Source: Deltaproteobacteria bacterium
GTDB taxonomy: Bacteria; SAR324; NAC60-12
DNA: 64,000 bases
Reading direction: 5' to 3'
NCBI GenBank assembly: GCA_038133845.1
Contig: JAYPUA010000015.1
Span: 2,268 to 66,267, forward strand
Part shown: piece by piece, positions 48,082 to 57,491 of the stretch
Numbering within the stretch: position 1 is the stretch's first letter
Layout: each line of letters opens with the position of its first letter
Made by a program: the position numbers and the translations under genes
The notes under the pieces: generated by a model
What the model was told of the DNA's origin: nothing
The model's input: only the letters and a program-made list of their open reading frames with translations
The model's database searches: none

Positions 48082-48992
48082 AGCTTTGGGACCCACACTT
48101 TCACATCTGGGATGTCTCTCCAAACACGAGCAGTGGGCACGATCCCGCCGTGCTCTTTGCTCCGGAAGACGCCCCGATCTACTCGCTCTCACGCTTGGAA
48201 GCGGACTTGGCCCCCTCCGGGCTGGAGTTGATCGGAGGAGCCTTTGTCGAGGCCACCAGCGTCTGCCACATCGCAGAGGATGGGTGGCGCTACTCCTCCG
48301 CCTGTGTTGCCGAGACCTGGTGGGGGTCCCAGCAGTTTCAGCGCTCGCCTCTGGACTACCGGATCGTCTCGGCCGCACCTCTGGAAGATCCGCAGATTCG
48401 GCAGATTCTCAGTGAACTGACGCGCTACCCGAACGTCTGTGGCATTCGACAGATCCTCAACCATGAGCCCTCCTGGCCTCGCAACGGGAGGCTCGGGAAT
48501 CTGTTCGAGAATGAGCCGTGGCGTCGAGGCTACGCCCAACTCGCAGACTTTGGACTCTCCTTTGATCTGCAGCTCAACCCGCATCAGTTCCGCCAGGCCG
48601 CAGCGCTCTCGGCACAGCATCCGGAGATTCCCTTGATCATCGGGCATCTGGGCAGTCCCACGCTGGAAGACCTGCAGAAGGGGAAGCGCTACTGGGAGGG
48701 AATGCAGGCTCTGGCAGACCTCCCCCATGCGTCCATCAAGCTCTCGATGCTTTCCTATCCGGACCGCAACTGGGAGACCAACGCCCTGGTCAAGGAGGCC
48801 GTCCTCCGGCTCATTGACCTCTTTGGTGTGGACCGCTGCTTCTTTGCCTCCAACTTTCCGGTAGAGGCCAAAGACGGCTGGCCTGCGGAGAAGCTCTTCC
48901 GGGAATTGCGCAACCTCGTCTCCTCCTTCTCTGCGGAGGAGCAGCAAAAGCTCTTTGCCACAAATGCACAGCGCGTGTATGCCCGACCCTGA
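48078..48992 (+). CDS. Amidohydrolase_2 family, probable sugar-acid lactonase
   Basis: DPHFHIW, GIRQIL, LSFDLQ, IIGHLG and FGVDRCFFASNFP. Confidence 0.8.
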   Translation: MKLWDPHFHIWDVSPNTSSGHDPAVLFAPEDAPIYSLSRLEADLAPSGLELIGGAFVEATSVCHIAEDGWRYSSACVAETWWGSQQFQRSPLDYRIVSAAPLEDPQIRQILSELTRYPNVCGIRQILNHEPSWPRNGRLGNLFENEPWRRGYAQLADFGLSFDLQLNPHQFRQAAALSAQHPEIPLIIGHLGSPTLEDLQKGKRYWEGMQALADLPHASIKLSMLSYPDRNWETNALVKEAVLRLIDLFGVDRCFFASNFPVEAKDGWPAEKLFRELRNLVSSFSAEEQQKLFATNAQRVYARP

Positions 48993-49218
48993 GCTTTGGC
49001 GAGGCACCCCACCCGGAAACGGTCCCCCTCAGGTGAGGGCCTGCTCCACGGCAGGTCAACCTGGCCTGATGCACGTCTGCTGTAGAGTGCTTGAATGGGT
49101 TGACATCTCCAAGACAGACGTGTAAAGCTTCGCATCCTGGTCCGGTTTTTTCGGACCCACTTGTCTCGGAGGAGTGAAATGACTCGCTCTCTCCGGTTTT
49201 TTCAACCAATAGGAGGTT

Positions 49219-50439
49219 TTGATGTTGTCCATGCGTAACGCCCTGCTTGGCGCCTTGTGCGTCGTGCTCTTGCCCTTTGCCGCCAGCGCCCAGAAGATCA
49301 CCTTTCTCACTCCGTCCTGGGGAGTTCCTCCGGACAAGTCGTTGCTGGAGTCCTTTCAGCGCGACTCCGGAATCACGGTGGAGATTCAGTCCGTACAGAA
49401 CAAAGACCTCTTCAGCCGGGTCCAGGTTGCCGCGGCCACTGGACAGGCTGCGGCCGATGTGATTTTCCTCACCGAAGAGGCCCCCTCAAACGTGGTGGCC
49501 ACCAATGTGATGCGCGCGCTCAACGACCTTGCGGCCAAGGACCCTCTGGAAGCAGACCTGAGAGGCCAGGAGTTCTGGCGAGTCGATGGAGAGCTTTACG
49601 GAATTCCGGTGTACTCCCAATTGGTGATGATGGACTACAACCAGGCGCGCCTTCAGCAGGCAGGTTTCAACGCTCCGCCCAAGACCTGGGCCGAGTTGAA
49701 GCGCATGGCCGAACAGCTCAAGTCCAAGGGCATCGACAAGCATCCGATCGCCATGAAGGCCAGTGACTGGTCCTGGTACCTGATCGCCCTGTCGATGGGA
49801 GATCCGATGTTTGATGACGAGCTGAACCCGGTCTTTGCCGACTCCGGATCCAAGGCGCGCCAGGCCATGAGCCTGCTGTTGGAGTTCTTCTCCGAGGAGT
49901 TGATCAGCCCGGAGATCGTCGCCGGCACCGTGAACCAGCACTCCATCTTCTGGAGTGGCTCCGGGACCTTCCATCAGGGCTGGCAGGGCTCCATCCGGGT
50001 CGGGAACAACCCGGAGCGTTCGAAGCAGGCTCCGAATGTCGCCTACATGGTCCTCCCTGAGGCCGGCAACACCTGGAGTTTCCCCGCAGCCATCGGAATT
50101 GCAGAGAACTCAAAGAACGCCGAGGCCGCCTGGAAGTTCATCCGCTGGTACACGGGAGCAGCCAACCAGAAGAGCATCTACAACGCGTTCGGCCTCTATC
50201 CGTCCCGGACCTCCGTGGCTGCCGAGTTGAACGGAGAAGGCGCAATTGCGGGCTACGGAGAGATCGTGGCTCAGGCAGATCGTGTGAACGAGCTTCCGCG
50301 CTACACCCTCTGGTGGGGCCCCTTCACGGCCAAGGTCTCGGAGACGATTCTGACCGCCGTCCAGACCGGCATGAGCGCGGATCAAACGGTCGATCAACTC
50401 GCCGAGATCTGGAACGACCTCAAGTCCGAGTACGAGTAA
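49219..50439 (+). CDS. CUT1 ABC transporter substrate-binding protein
   Basis: AGGAGG RBS, signal peptide, DGELYGIP and AAWKFIRW. Confidence 0.88.
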   Translation: MMLSMRNALLGALCVVLLPFAASAQKITFLTPSWGVPPDKSLLESFQRDSGITVEIQSVQNKDLFSRVQVAAATGQAAADVIFLTEEAPSNVVATNVMRALNDLAAKDPLEADLRGQEFWRVDGELYGIPVYSQLVMMDYNQARLQQAGFNAPPKTWAELKRMAEQLKSKGIDKHPIAMKASDWSWYLIALSMGDPMFDDELNPVFADSGSKARQAMSLLLEFFSEELISPEIVAGTVNQHSIFWSGSGTFHQGWQGSIRVGNNPERSKQAPNVAYMVLPEAGNTWSFPAAIGIAENSKNAEAAWKFIRWYTGAANQKSIYNAFGLYPSRTSVAAELNGEGAIAGYGEIVAQADRVNELPRYTLWWGPFTAKVSETILTAVQTGMSADQTVDQLAEIWNDLKSEYE

Positions 50440-50519
50440 TCGTTGCCTCGGGAACGCCTGCGGTGCTCCGTCACAAACGGCTGAGCCGCAGGCGCTCCTG
50501 CTTCGTCTGAGACCTTTTC

Positions 50520-51422
50520 ATGGGCCGCGCCTCAAGACGCGATCTGCTCTTTCTGCTGGTCATCCTCCTTCCGCTGGTCGTTCTGGTGGCGGCGCTGATC
50601 TACTATCCGGCGCTGGACACCTTCCTGACCTCGCTGACCAACGAGAACCTGCGGATCCGCCGTCCCCCAAAATTCATTGGCTGGAGTAACTACGCCAAGT
50701 TGCTGGGGCAGTCCGAGTTCTGGACCGTCACCTTGCGCTCCCTGCTCGTCGTCGCCTTGACTCTTCCGCTGGAGCTTGGGGTCGCGCTCGGGTTGGCCTT
50801 GCTCCTGACAGAGGTCTTTCCCGGACGATCCTTTGTCCGCACCCTGGTCCTCTTGCCCTGGATGCTGCCTCCGATTGTCAACGGCTTCCTCTGGGGCTGG
50901 CTGCTCAACGGAGAGTACGGGGCCCTGAACGGGCTGCTGTATCAGCTTGGGTGGATCGACGAGTACGTCACCTGGCTGCGGAATCCGGACACCCAGATTC
51001 TCTGGGTGGCGGTGGTCCAGACCTGGACCCGCTTCGCCTTCCCGACCATCATTCTGCTTGCGGGGCTGCAGTCGATCCCCACCGACTTGCTGGATGCGGC
51101 CAAAGTCGATGGTGCCTCGGCCTGGCAGAACTTCCGGCACGTGGTGTTTCCGCTGCTGCTGCCCAGCTTTGCCGTGGCCCTGACCATTGAGTTCATCGCC
51201 TCGTTCCAGATCTTTGATGTCATCTGGACTCTCACCGCCGGAGGCTCTGCAGGAGGAGCCATCAACCCGTTCACCAAAACGCTGATGCTTTACAACTACG
51301 AGCTGGTCTTCCGGGACCTGCGGATCGGGCTGGGAGCGGCGCTCTCGTACCTGATCCTCTTCCTCTCTTTGGGAGTGGCCATCGTGTTTGTCACCCGGCT
51401 CTACAACCAATCCGTTCGCTAG
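50520..51422 (+). CDS. CUT1 ABC permease (MalF-like)
   Basis: LAGLQSIPTDLLDAAKVDGASAWQNFRHVVFP (EAA loop). Confidence 0.92.
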   Translation: MGRASRRDLLFLLVILLPLVVLVAALIYYPALDTFLTSLTNENLRIRRPPKFIGWSNYAKLLGQSEFWTVTLRSLLVVALTLPLELGVALGLALLLTEVFPGRSFVRTLVLLPWMLPPIVNGFLWGWLLNGEYGALNGLLYQLGWIDEYVTWLRNPDTQILWVAVVQTWTRFAFPTIILLAGLQSIPTDLLDAAKVDGASAWQNFRHVVFPLLLPSFAVALTIEFIASFQIFDVIWTLTAGGSAGGAINPFTKTLMLYNYELVFRDLRIGLGAALSYLILFLSLGVAIVFVTRLYNQSVR

Positions 51423-51436
51423 CCACAGAGGGCCCC

Positions 51437-52321
51437 ATGACCTCACTCACACACCAGAACAGCCCCCTGCGCCTGTTGCTGATCTACGGGCTGTGCGCGC
51501 TGGCGCTCCTCTGGGCCATCGGCCCCATCTACTGGGTCGCGGTCTCGTCCATCTCCACTCGCATGGAACTGTACGCCACTCCGATCAAGTCGTGGTTTCC
51601 TTCAGAGCCGACCTGGGACGCCTACATCCGTTTGTTTTCCGGAGGAGGGCAGTACCGCGGTGGCGAGGTGAGCCCCACCGATGGGCTGATGTGGTCCGGG
51701 CTCGTCAACACCCTGATCGTCTCGATCCTCTCTGCGGTGTTGGTCACGGTGCTCTCCACGAATGCCGGCTACGTGTTTGCCCGGATGAAGTTCCGCGGGA
51801 AGGGCTTCGTCTTCTTCTTCTTGATGCTGATGATGCCTCTACCCATCTGGGTTTCCCTGATCGCCCTGTTCTTTCTGGTCAGTCAGGTGGGACTGCTGGA
51901 CACGCTGCATGGGATGATTCTGCTCTTTGTTGTCTTTCTGCTGCCGCTGGGAATCTGGCTGATGTCCACCTTCGTCCGGGAGATCAACCCGGAGATTGAG
52001 GAGGCCGCAATGGTGGATGGCTGCAACCGCTGGCAGTTGATGCGCTGGATCATCTATCCGCTCTCGAAAGCCGGGATGGCCGCTGTGTTTCTGGTCTCCT
52101 TGCTGACTGTCTGGAACAACTTTCTGCTGCCGTTGATCTTCACCCGCGGTCCGGATTCCCAGATGCTCACAGTGGTGCTTTCGCTCTTTGTCGGTCAGTA
52201 CGAGGTCGCCTGGGAAGACATGGCCGCAGCCGCCGTGGTCACCATGCTGCCTCCCTTCATCATCGCCCTCTTCTTCCAACGCTTCCTCATCCGAGGCATG
52301 ACCCTGGGAGCCGTCAAGTGA
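51437..52321 (+). CDS. CUT1 ABC permease (MalG-like)
   Basis: EIEEAAMVDGCN, WNNFLLP and FQRFLIRGMTLGAVK. Confidence 0.92.
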   Translation: MTSLTHQNSPLRLLLIYGLCALALLWAIGPIYWVAVSSISTRMELYATPIKSWFPSEPTWDAYIRLFSGGGQYRGGEVSPTDGLMWSGLVNTLIVSILSAVLVTVLSTNAGYVFARMKFRGKGFVFFFLMLMMPLPIWVSLIALFFLVSQVGLLDTLHGMILLFVVFLLPLGIWLMSTFVREINPEIEEAAMVDGCNRWQLMRWIIYPLSKAGMAAVFLVSLLTVWNNFLLPLIFTRGPDSQMLTVVLSLFVGQYEVAWEDMAAAAVVTMLPPFIIALFFQRFLIRGMTLGAVK

Positions 52322-53892
52322 GTACAGACCTTGAAACGCTGGCCAGCCGAGCCGGAGAACTCTTCCTGCTGGCCTTTGCCGGAAGCGACCCTGCCCCGGC
52401 ACAGCAGATGATCCGCAACTATCACCTCTCCGGGCTCTACCTGAGCAACGACAACATCCCGGACACCTCGTCGGCCCGAGCCTTGACGAAAGCGGTTCAG
52501 GAGACGGCTCGCGACTCCGGAGAGGCCTTCCCGCTGCTGCTCGGAGTCGACCAGGAAGGAACCTGGTCGGTCATGGCCACCGACTCACATCCCGGACCGG
52601 GAAACCTCGCGCTGGGTGCTGCAGGAGCTCCGGAGTTGACCCACGCTCGCTACCGAGACCTGGCGCTGGAACTGCGGCAGAATGGGCTCAACCTCCTGCT
52701 TGCGCCCTGTGCCGATGTCAACACCAACCCGCACAACGCAATCATCGGCATGCGCTCCTTCGGCACCCATCCGGAGGCTGTCGGGAAACACGTCGCTGCC
52801 GCAGTGCAGGGAGCGCGCTCGGGAGGAGCCCTCAGCACCCTCAAGCACTTTCCGGGACATGGAGACACGCTGGTGGATTCCCACCGCGACCTGCCCACCG
52901 TCAGCCGCAGCCGAGAGGATGTCTGGGACATCGACCTGGCCCCCTTCCGGTGTGGAATTGAGGCCGGGGTTGACCTGGTGATGACCTCACACATCTGCTT
53001 CGATGCGCTCGATCCGGACACCCCCGCGACGTTCTCCCGAAAGATCTTGCACGACCTGCTGCGAAAGGAGATGGGCTTTTCCGGGCTGGTGATCTCGGAC
53101 TCGATGAACATGCACTCGCTGCGCAAGCACTTCGACCCGGTCGAGGCTGCCGTCCGGGCGATCTCTGCTGGAGTCGACCTGATCATGCTGGCCGAAGAGC
53201 ACTACGACCATGACGGCGCCTACCAGACTCGACAGCGCCAACTCATCGAAGGACTGGCTGCAGAAATTCGCAAAGGACGCATCCCGGAAGCACGTCTGGA
53301 AGAAGCATTGAACCGAATTCAGGCCGTCAGGAAGTCTCTGAGTTCCGCCACTCCGGACACCTCTGCAGACTTTGCTCAGAGCGCAATTCAGGCAGCACGG
53401 CAGGCCCTGAGGGTCCACCATCAGAACCCCCGGTGGCGCTCCCCGCAGCCGGGCGCCACGGTTCGCCTGATACGCTCCTCCCCCGACTCCGCGTTCCTTG
53501 CCGCAACCCAGACCCGAGGAATCGGCCCAAACCCTCAGTGCTCGGCCTTTGATGCCCTGCACAAGGCGCTGGAACCGCATTTCTCTGTACACCTTCAACC
53601 TCCGTTTGCAGCGGTTTCCCAGGAAGATCCGGTGGTCTTGGTACTGGAAAACTACACCCTCCCCGGAGCGGATTTTGACCGCTCCCGCGACCCGGAGGTC
53701 ATCCGCTGGGCGCAGTCGCTTGACCCGGCACAGGTCACCGTGATCGCTCTGCGGGATGCGTTTGAGTTGGTGGAGACGCATCCGCTGACCACGCTGTGCG
53801 CCTACAGCTTCCGGGAAGAGTCTGCAGAGCAGGCGGCGCTGTGGCTTGCCGGGCAGGTCCCGGAAGTTCGGAAAGGAGGAGCCTTTGGGTAA
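52318..53892 (+). CDS. GH3 beta-N-acetylhexosaminidase (NagZ-like), no signal peptide
   Basis: GVDQEG, APCADVNTNP...IGMRSFG, KHFPGHGDT..DSH and ISDSMNM. Confidence 0.88.
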   Translation: MSTDLETLASRAGELFLLAFAGSDPAPAQQMIRNYHLSGLYLSNDNIPDTSSARALTKAVQETARDSGEAFPLLLGVDQEGTWSVMATDSHPGPGNLALGAAGAPELTHARYRDLALELRQNGLNLLLAPCADVNTNPHNAIIGMRSFGTHPEAVGKHVAAAVQGARSGGALSTLKHFPGHGDTLVDSHRDLPTVSRSREDVWDIDLAPFRCGIEAGVDLVMTSHICFDALDPDTPATFSRKILHDLLRKEMGFSGLVISDSMNMHSLRKHFDPVEAAVRAISAGVDLIMLAEEHYDHDGAYQTRQRQLIEGLAAEIRKGRIPEARLEEALNRIQAVRKSLSSATPDTSADFAQSAIQAARQALRVHHQNPRWRSPQPGATVRLIRSSPDSAFLAATQTRGIGPNPQCSAFDALHKALEPHFSVHLQPPFAAVSQEDPVVLVLENYTLPGADFDRSRDPEVIRWAQSLDPAQVTVIALRDAFELVETHPLTTLCAYSFREESAEQAALWLAGQVPEVRKGGAFG

Positions 53893-54931
53893 CCCCTCCC
53901 GCTCCGCCTCCCTGTCTCGGTTGGCCTATCCCGGTTCCGGATGGGCGGTCGCTTTGGGCTCCGAGAACGCGTGGCAGGTCGAATGCTTTGGAACCACCGG
54001 TCCGTCCGGAGCGGCGATCACGGAGTCCACGCTCTTTGACGTCGCCTCGCTGACCAAGGTGGTGGCCACGCTCCCGGCATGCCTGGTGCTGATGAAAGCC
54101 GGGGAGTTGGACCTGGACCGTCCGCTCCGAGAGTACATCTCCAGCATTGGCTGGTTCCAGGAGCCGTCGCTGGGATCCGTGACCGCCCGACAGCTCCTGA
54201 CCCACATCAGCGGACTTCCTGCATGGAAACCGCTGTTTGCGCAGTCCTCCAACCGCTCCGTGCTGGCCGCCGCAGTTCTGCAGTCGACGGTCGGACCTCC
54301 GGGCAAACGGGAGTACAGCGACCTCGGCCTGATTCTGCTCGGACACCTGATTGAGTTGCTCTCCGGGAAGCCTCTGGATCAGTTTGTCGACCAGCAGGTG
54401 CTGCAGCCTCTGGGCATGCACCACACCGGGTTCAACCCGCAAGAGCGCTGGCCGGGAGTCGAGTGTGTGGCCACCGAGCGCTGCGGGTGGCGCAAAATGC
54501 TGCTTCAGGGAGTGGTGCATGACGAGAACGCCTTCGCGCTCGAGGGCGTCTCCGGACACGCCGGACTGTTCTCCAGCGTCCGTGACCTCGCACGATACCT
54601 GGAGGCCTGGCTGAACGAGCTGGCTCCGCTGGAGTTGGAGGCTCAGGCCCGGGAGATCTTCCAGACCGTGTCCACTCCCGGCGGAGCCCCGGAGTATGGG
54701 CTCGGATGGCGAGTGGCTCCTGGGCTCGATTTCTCTGGCCCAGGCAATCGCCCGGGAGCGTTTGGGCACACCGGCTATACCGGAACCAGCCTCTGGTTTC
54801 ATCCGGAGGCACAGCAGGCCCTCGTGCTGCTCAACAACCGTGTCTACCCGACCCGGGTCGGAACCGACTCGGCCATTCATGCGCTTCGCCAGCAGGTGCA
54901 CGAGCACTTTTTGCGCGATCGCATTCGCTGA
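53885..54931 (+). CDS. Serine hydrolase, beta-lactamase family (AmiE/YbbE-like)
   Basis: FDVASLTKV (SxxK), LLTHISG, YSDLG, VHDENA..L.GVSGHAGLF and GHTGYTG. TTG start after GGAGGAG. Confidence 0.85.
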   Translation: MGNPSRSASLSRLAYPGSGWAVALGSENAWQVECFGTTGPSGAAITESTLFDVASLTKVVATLPACLVLMKAGELDLDRPLREYISSIGWFQEPSLGSVTARQLLTHISGLPAWKPLFAQSSNRSVLAAAVLQSTVGPPGKREYSDLGLILLGHLIELLSGKPLDQFVDQQVLQPLGMHHTGFNPQERWPGVECVATERCGWRKMLLQGVVHDENAFALEGVSGHAGLFSSVRDLARYLEAWLNELAPLELEAQAREIFQTVSTPGGAPEYGLGWRVAPGLDFSGPGNRPGAFGHTGYTGTSLWFHPEAQQALVLLNNRVYPTRVGTDSAIHALRQQVHEHFLRDRIR

Positions 54932-55086
54932 AATCAGGTCTCAGGCCTCCTCGGAGCCTCAGGCTTTTTTCTTTGCAAGATTTTCAGGCTGCACGTACTC
55001 TGCAACCCAGCCTTGAGGCCCGGCTTCATCCGGACTGCAGAGGCGCAGGCTTGATCGCATCACAATCTTTTTTTCTGGAGAATCAC

Positions 55087-56055
55087 ATGCACTTGCTCAT
55101 CACCGGCGCCGCGGGAATGCTGGGCCGCAAATTTGTGGAACGCCTCATCAAGGAGCCCGAGCTTGGAGGCCGTGAGGTGACGCGACTGACACTGGTCGAC
55201 CTCGGGACGCCGGAGGGATTCGAGGCGTTTTCAGGAACCTGCGAGGCGCAGGGAGTGGATTTGGGAGAGCCTGGCGTGGCCGACCAGTTGGTCGCCCAGC
55301 GTCCGGACATGATCTTCCACCTTGCCGCCGTGGTTTCCGGAGAGGCCGAGGCCGACTTCGAGAAGGGCTACCGGGTCAATCTGGACAGCACCCGCATGCT
55401 GCTGGAGGCCGTCCGGGCACAGGACAACTACAAACCTCGCTTCGTCTTCGCCTCGTCGATTGCCGTCTATGGCGCGCCGTTCCCGGATCCGATTCATGAT
55501 ACCCACCACCTCACCCCGCTCACCAGCTACGGGACCCAGAAGGCGATCGGCGAACTGCTGCTTGCAGACTACTCTCGCCGGGGATTTCTGGAAGGCATCG
55601 GGCTGCGCCTGCCAACACTGTGCATCCGCCCGGGCAAGCCCAACAAGGCGGCCTCCAGCTTCTTCTCCGGGATCTTGCGCGAGCCGCTGAATGGGAAGGA
55701 GGCCCTCCTCCCGGTTTCTGAAGACGTCCGGCACTGGCACGCCAGCCCGCGTGCTGCGGTCGGTTTTCTGGTACATGCCGCCTCGCTGGACCTGGGCCGT
55801 GTGGGGACCGCCTGCAACCTGAGCATGCCCGGGCTGTGCGCCACGGTTCGCGAACAGATTGAGGCGCTCGATCGCGTGGCCGGTCCGGAAGCGGTCAAGC
55901 TGATCCGACGTGAACCGGATCCGGTGGTGCAGAAAATTGTCGCCGGGTGGCCCCAGTGCCTCGACCCGCAACGGGCGCTGTCACTGGGCTTTCAGGCGGA
56001 GACGACCTTCGACGAGATCATCCGGGTGTACCTGGAGGAGGAGAAAGGGGAGTAG
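55087..56055 (+). CDS. denD: D-erythronate dehydrogenase-like NAD-dependent epimerase/dehydratase
   Basis: TGAAGMLG, FHLAAVVSGEAEADF, PLTSYGTQKA, LRLPT..IRPGKPNKAASSF and IVAGWP. Confidence 0.8.
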   Translation: MHLLITGAAGMLGRKFVERLIKEPELGGREVTRLTLVDLGTPEGFEAFSGTCEAQGVDLGEPGVADQLVAQRPDMIFHLAAVVSGEAEADFEKGYRVNLDSTRMLLEAVRAQDNYKPRFVFASSIAVYGAPFPDPIHDTHHLTPLTSYGTQKAIGELLLADYSRRGFLEGIGLRLPTLCIRPGKPNKAASSFFSGILREPLNGKEALLPVSEDVRHWHASPRAAVGFLVHAASLDLGRVGTACNLSMPGLCATVREQIEALDRVAGPEAVKLIRREPDPVVQKIVAGWPQCLDPQRALSLGFQAETTFDEIIRVYLEEEKGE

Positions 56056-56065
56056 CCCCGAAGAC

Positions 56066-57367
56066 TCAAGGGAGCAGATCGCGCAGGCGAAAGTAGGCCA
56101 TGGCGAGCACGAGGGAAGGCATGCGGAGCAGCTTGCCTCCCGGAAAGTCGGAGTGTGGGATGCGGCTGAAGACATCGAACCGTTCGGCCGATCCGGCGAC
56201 CCCTTCCGCCATCAGCTTCCCGGCCAGGGGCGCCATCGCCACCCCATGTCCGGAGAAGCCTTGGGCATACAGCACGTTGGGGGCCAGCCACCCCAGGTTT
56301 GGAGCCCGGTTCATGGTGATCCCGACAAACCCGCCCCAGGCATACTCCATCCGAGCCTCCTGAAGCTGAGGGAACACCAGCAGCATCCGCTCCCGCATGG
56401 CCTCCGCCAGATTCCGAGGCTCCATGGTCGAGTAGCTCACCCGCCCTCCAAAGAGCATTCGGTGGTCGGCCGAGAGCCGGTAGTAGTCCAGAACAAAGTT
56501 GATGTCGGCCACCGCCATGTTGTCGCGGATCAGTTCTCGGGCACGTGCCTCGCCCAGCGGCTCCGTGGCGCCGATGTAGGTCCCAACCGGCATCAGTCGC
56601 CTCCGGAGTGGACGTGACACCTCGCCAAGGTAGGCGTTCCCCGCCAACACCACAAACTTTGCCCGCAACGTCCCCCGGTCCGTGCGGATCCTCGCCGGGT
56701 CTCCAGCCTCCACCTCATGCACCGCAGTCGACTCGTGAATCACCGCGCCCGCACGCTCTGCGGCCTCGGCCAGCCCCAGCGTGAAGTTCAGCGGATGCAG
56801 GTGCCCGCTGTTCGGGTCAAAGAGCCCCGTGCGGTAGCGCTCCGTCTGAATCCGCTCACGCAGTTCGTCGCCCTCCCAAAGCTCCAGTCCGGAGTAGCCA
56901 TACTCGCTCTCCAGGTCCTCTTTCCAGGCATGAAGGTCCTCGCTCTGCCGAGGCTTGATCGCCGCGTGCATCTGTCCTTGAACCAGGTCGCATTCAATCT
57001 GGTGAGTGCCCACCAGCTCCCGGACCAGCTCCAGGGACTCCAAGGACATCTTCCAGAGCTTGAGGGAGTCCTCACGTCCCACCAGGCTGCGCATCACCGG
57101 CATGTCGCAGCTGAAACCGAAGATGAACTGTCCTCCGTTGCGTCCGGAGGCCCCCCAGCCGACCCGCTGAGCCTCAAGCACCTTCACCCGGTAACCATGC
57201 TCGGCAAGGTGCAAGGCCGCCGAAAGCCCGCACAGTCCGGCCCCCACCACGCACACGTCCGTCTCCTCCTCTCCGGAAAACGCCGGCCTCGCAGGGGCAC
57301 GATGTGCCGAGGCCGCATAGTACGAGTTCGGATGCTCAGAGGTGAGGGAGGCGGAAGGTGCAGTCAT
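56066..57367 (-). CDS. puuB: Gamma-glutamylputrescine oxidase-like FAD oxidoreductase
   Basis: SYYAAS, VVGAGLCGLSAAL, GASGRNGGQ, LHPLNFTLGLA and QGFSGHGV. Confidence 0.82.
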   Translation of the reverse strand: MTAPSASLTSEHPNSYYAASAHRAPARPAFSGEEETDVCVVGAGLCGLSAALHLAEHGYRVKVLEAQRVGWGASGRNGGQFIFGFSCDMPVMRSLVGREDSLKLWKMSLESLELVRELVGTHQIECDLVQGQMHAAIKPRQSEDLHAWKEDLESEYGYSGLELWEGDELRERIQTERYRTGLFDPNSGHLHPLNFTLGLAEAAERAGAVIHESTAVHEVEAGDPARIRTDRGTLRAKFVVLAGNAYLGEVSRPLRRRLMPVGTYIGATEPLGEARARELIRDNMAVADINFVLDYYRLSADHRMLFGGRVSYSTMEPRNLAEAMRERMLLVFPQLQEARMEYAWGGFVGITMNRAPNLGWLAPNVLYAQGFSGHGVAMAPLAGKLMAEGVAGSAERFDVFSRIPHSDFPGGKLLRMPSLVLAMAYFRLRDLLP

Positions 57368-57491
57368 GAATGCCTGGAGAACGAAGGGACCTCCGGGACG
57401 GAAGCCGGAGGTCTCGGGGATTTCTGATCAGCTGGGTGGAGGAACGAGGCCCAGCACTTCAGTGTGGAGGATGCCCGAAAGGAGCGCAAGC

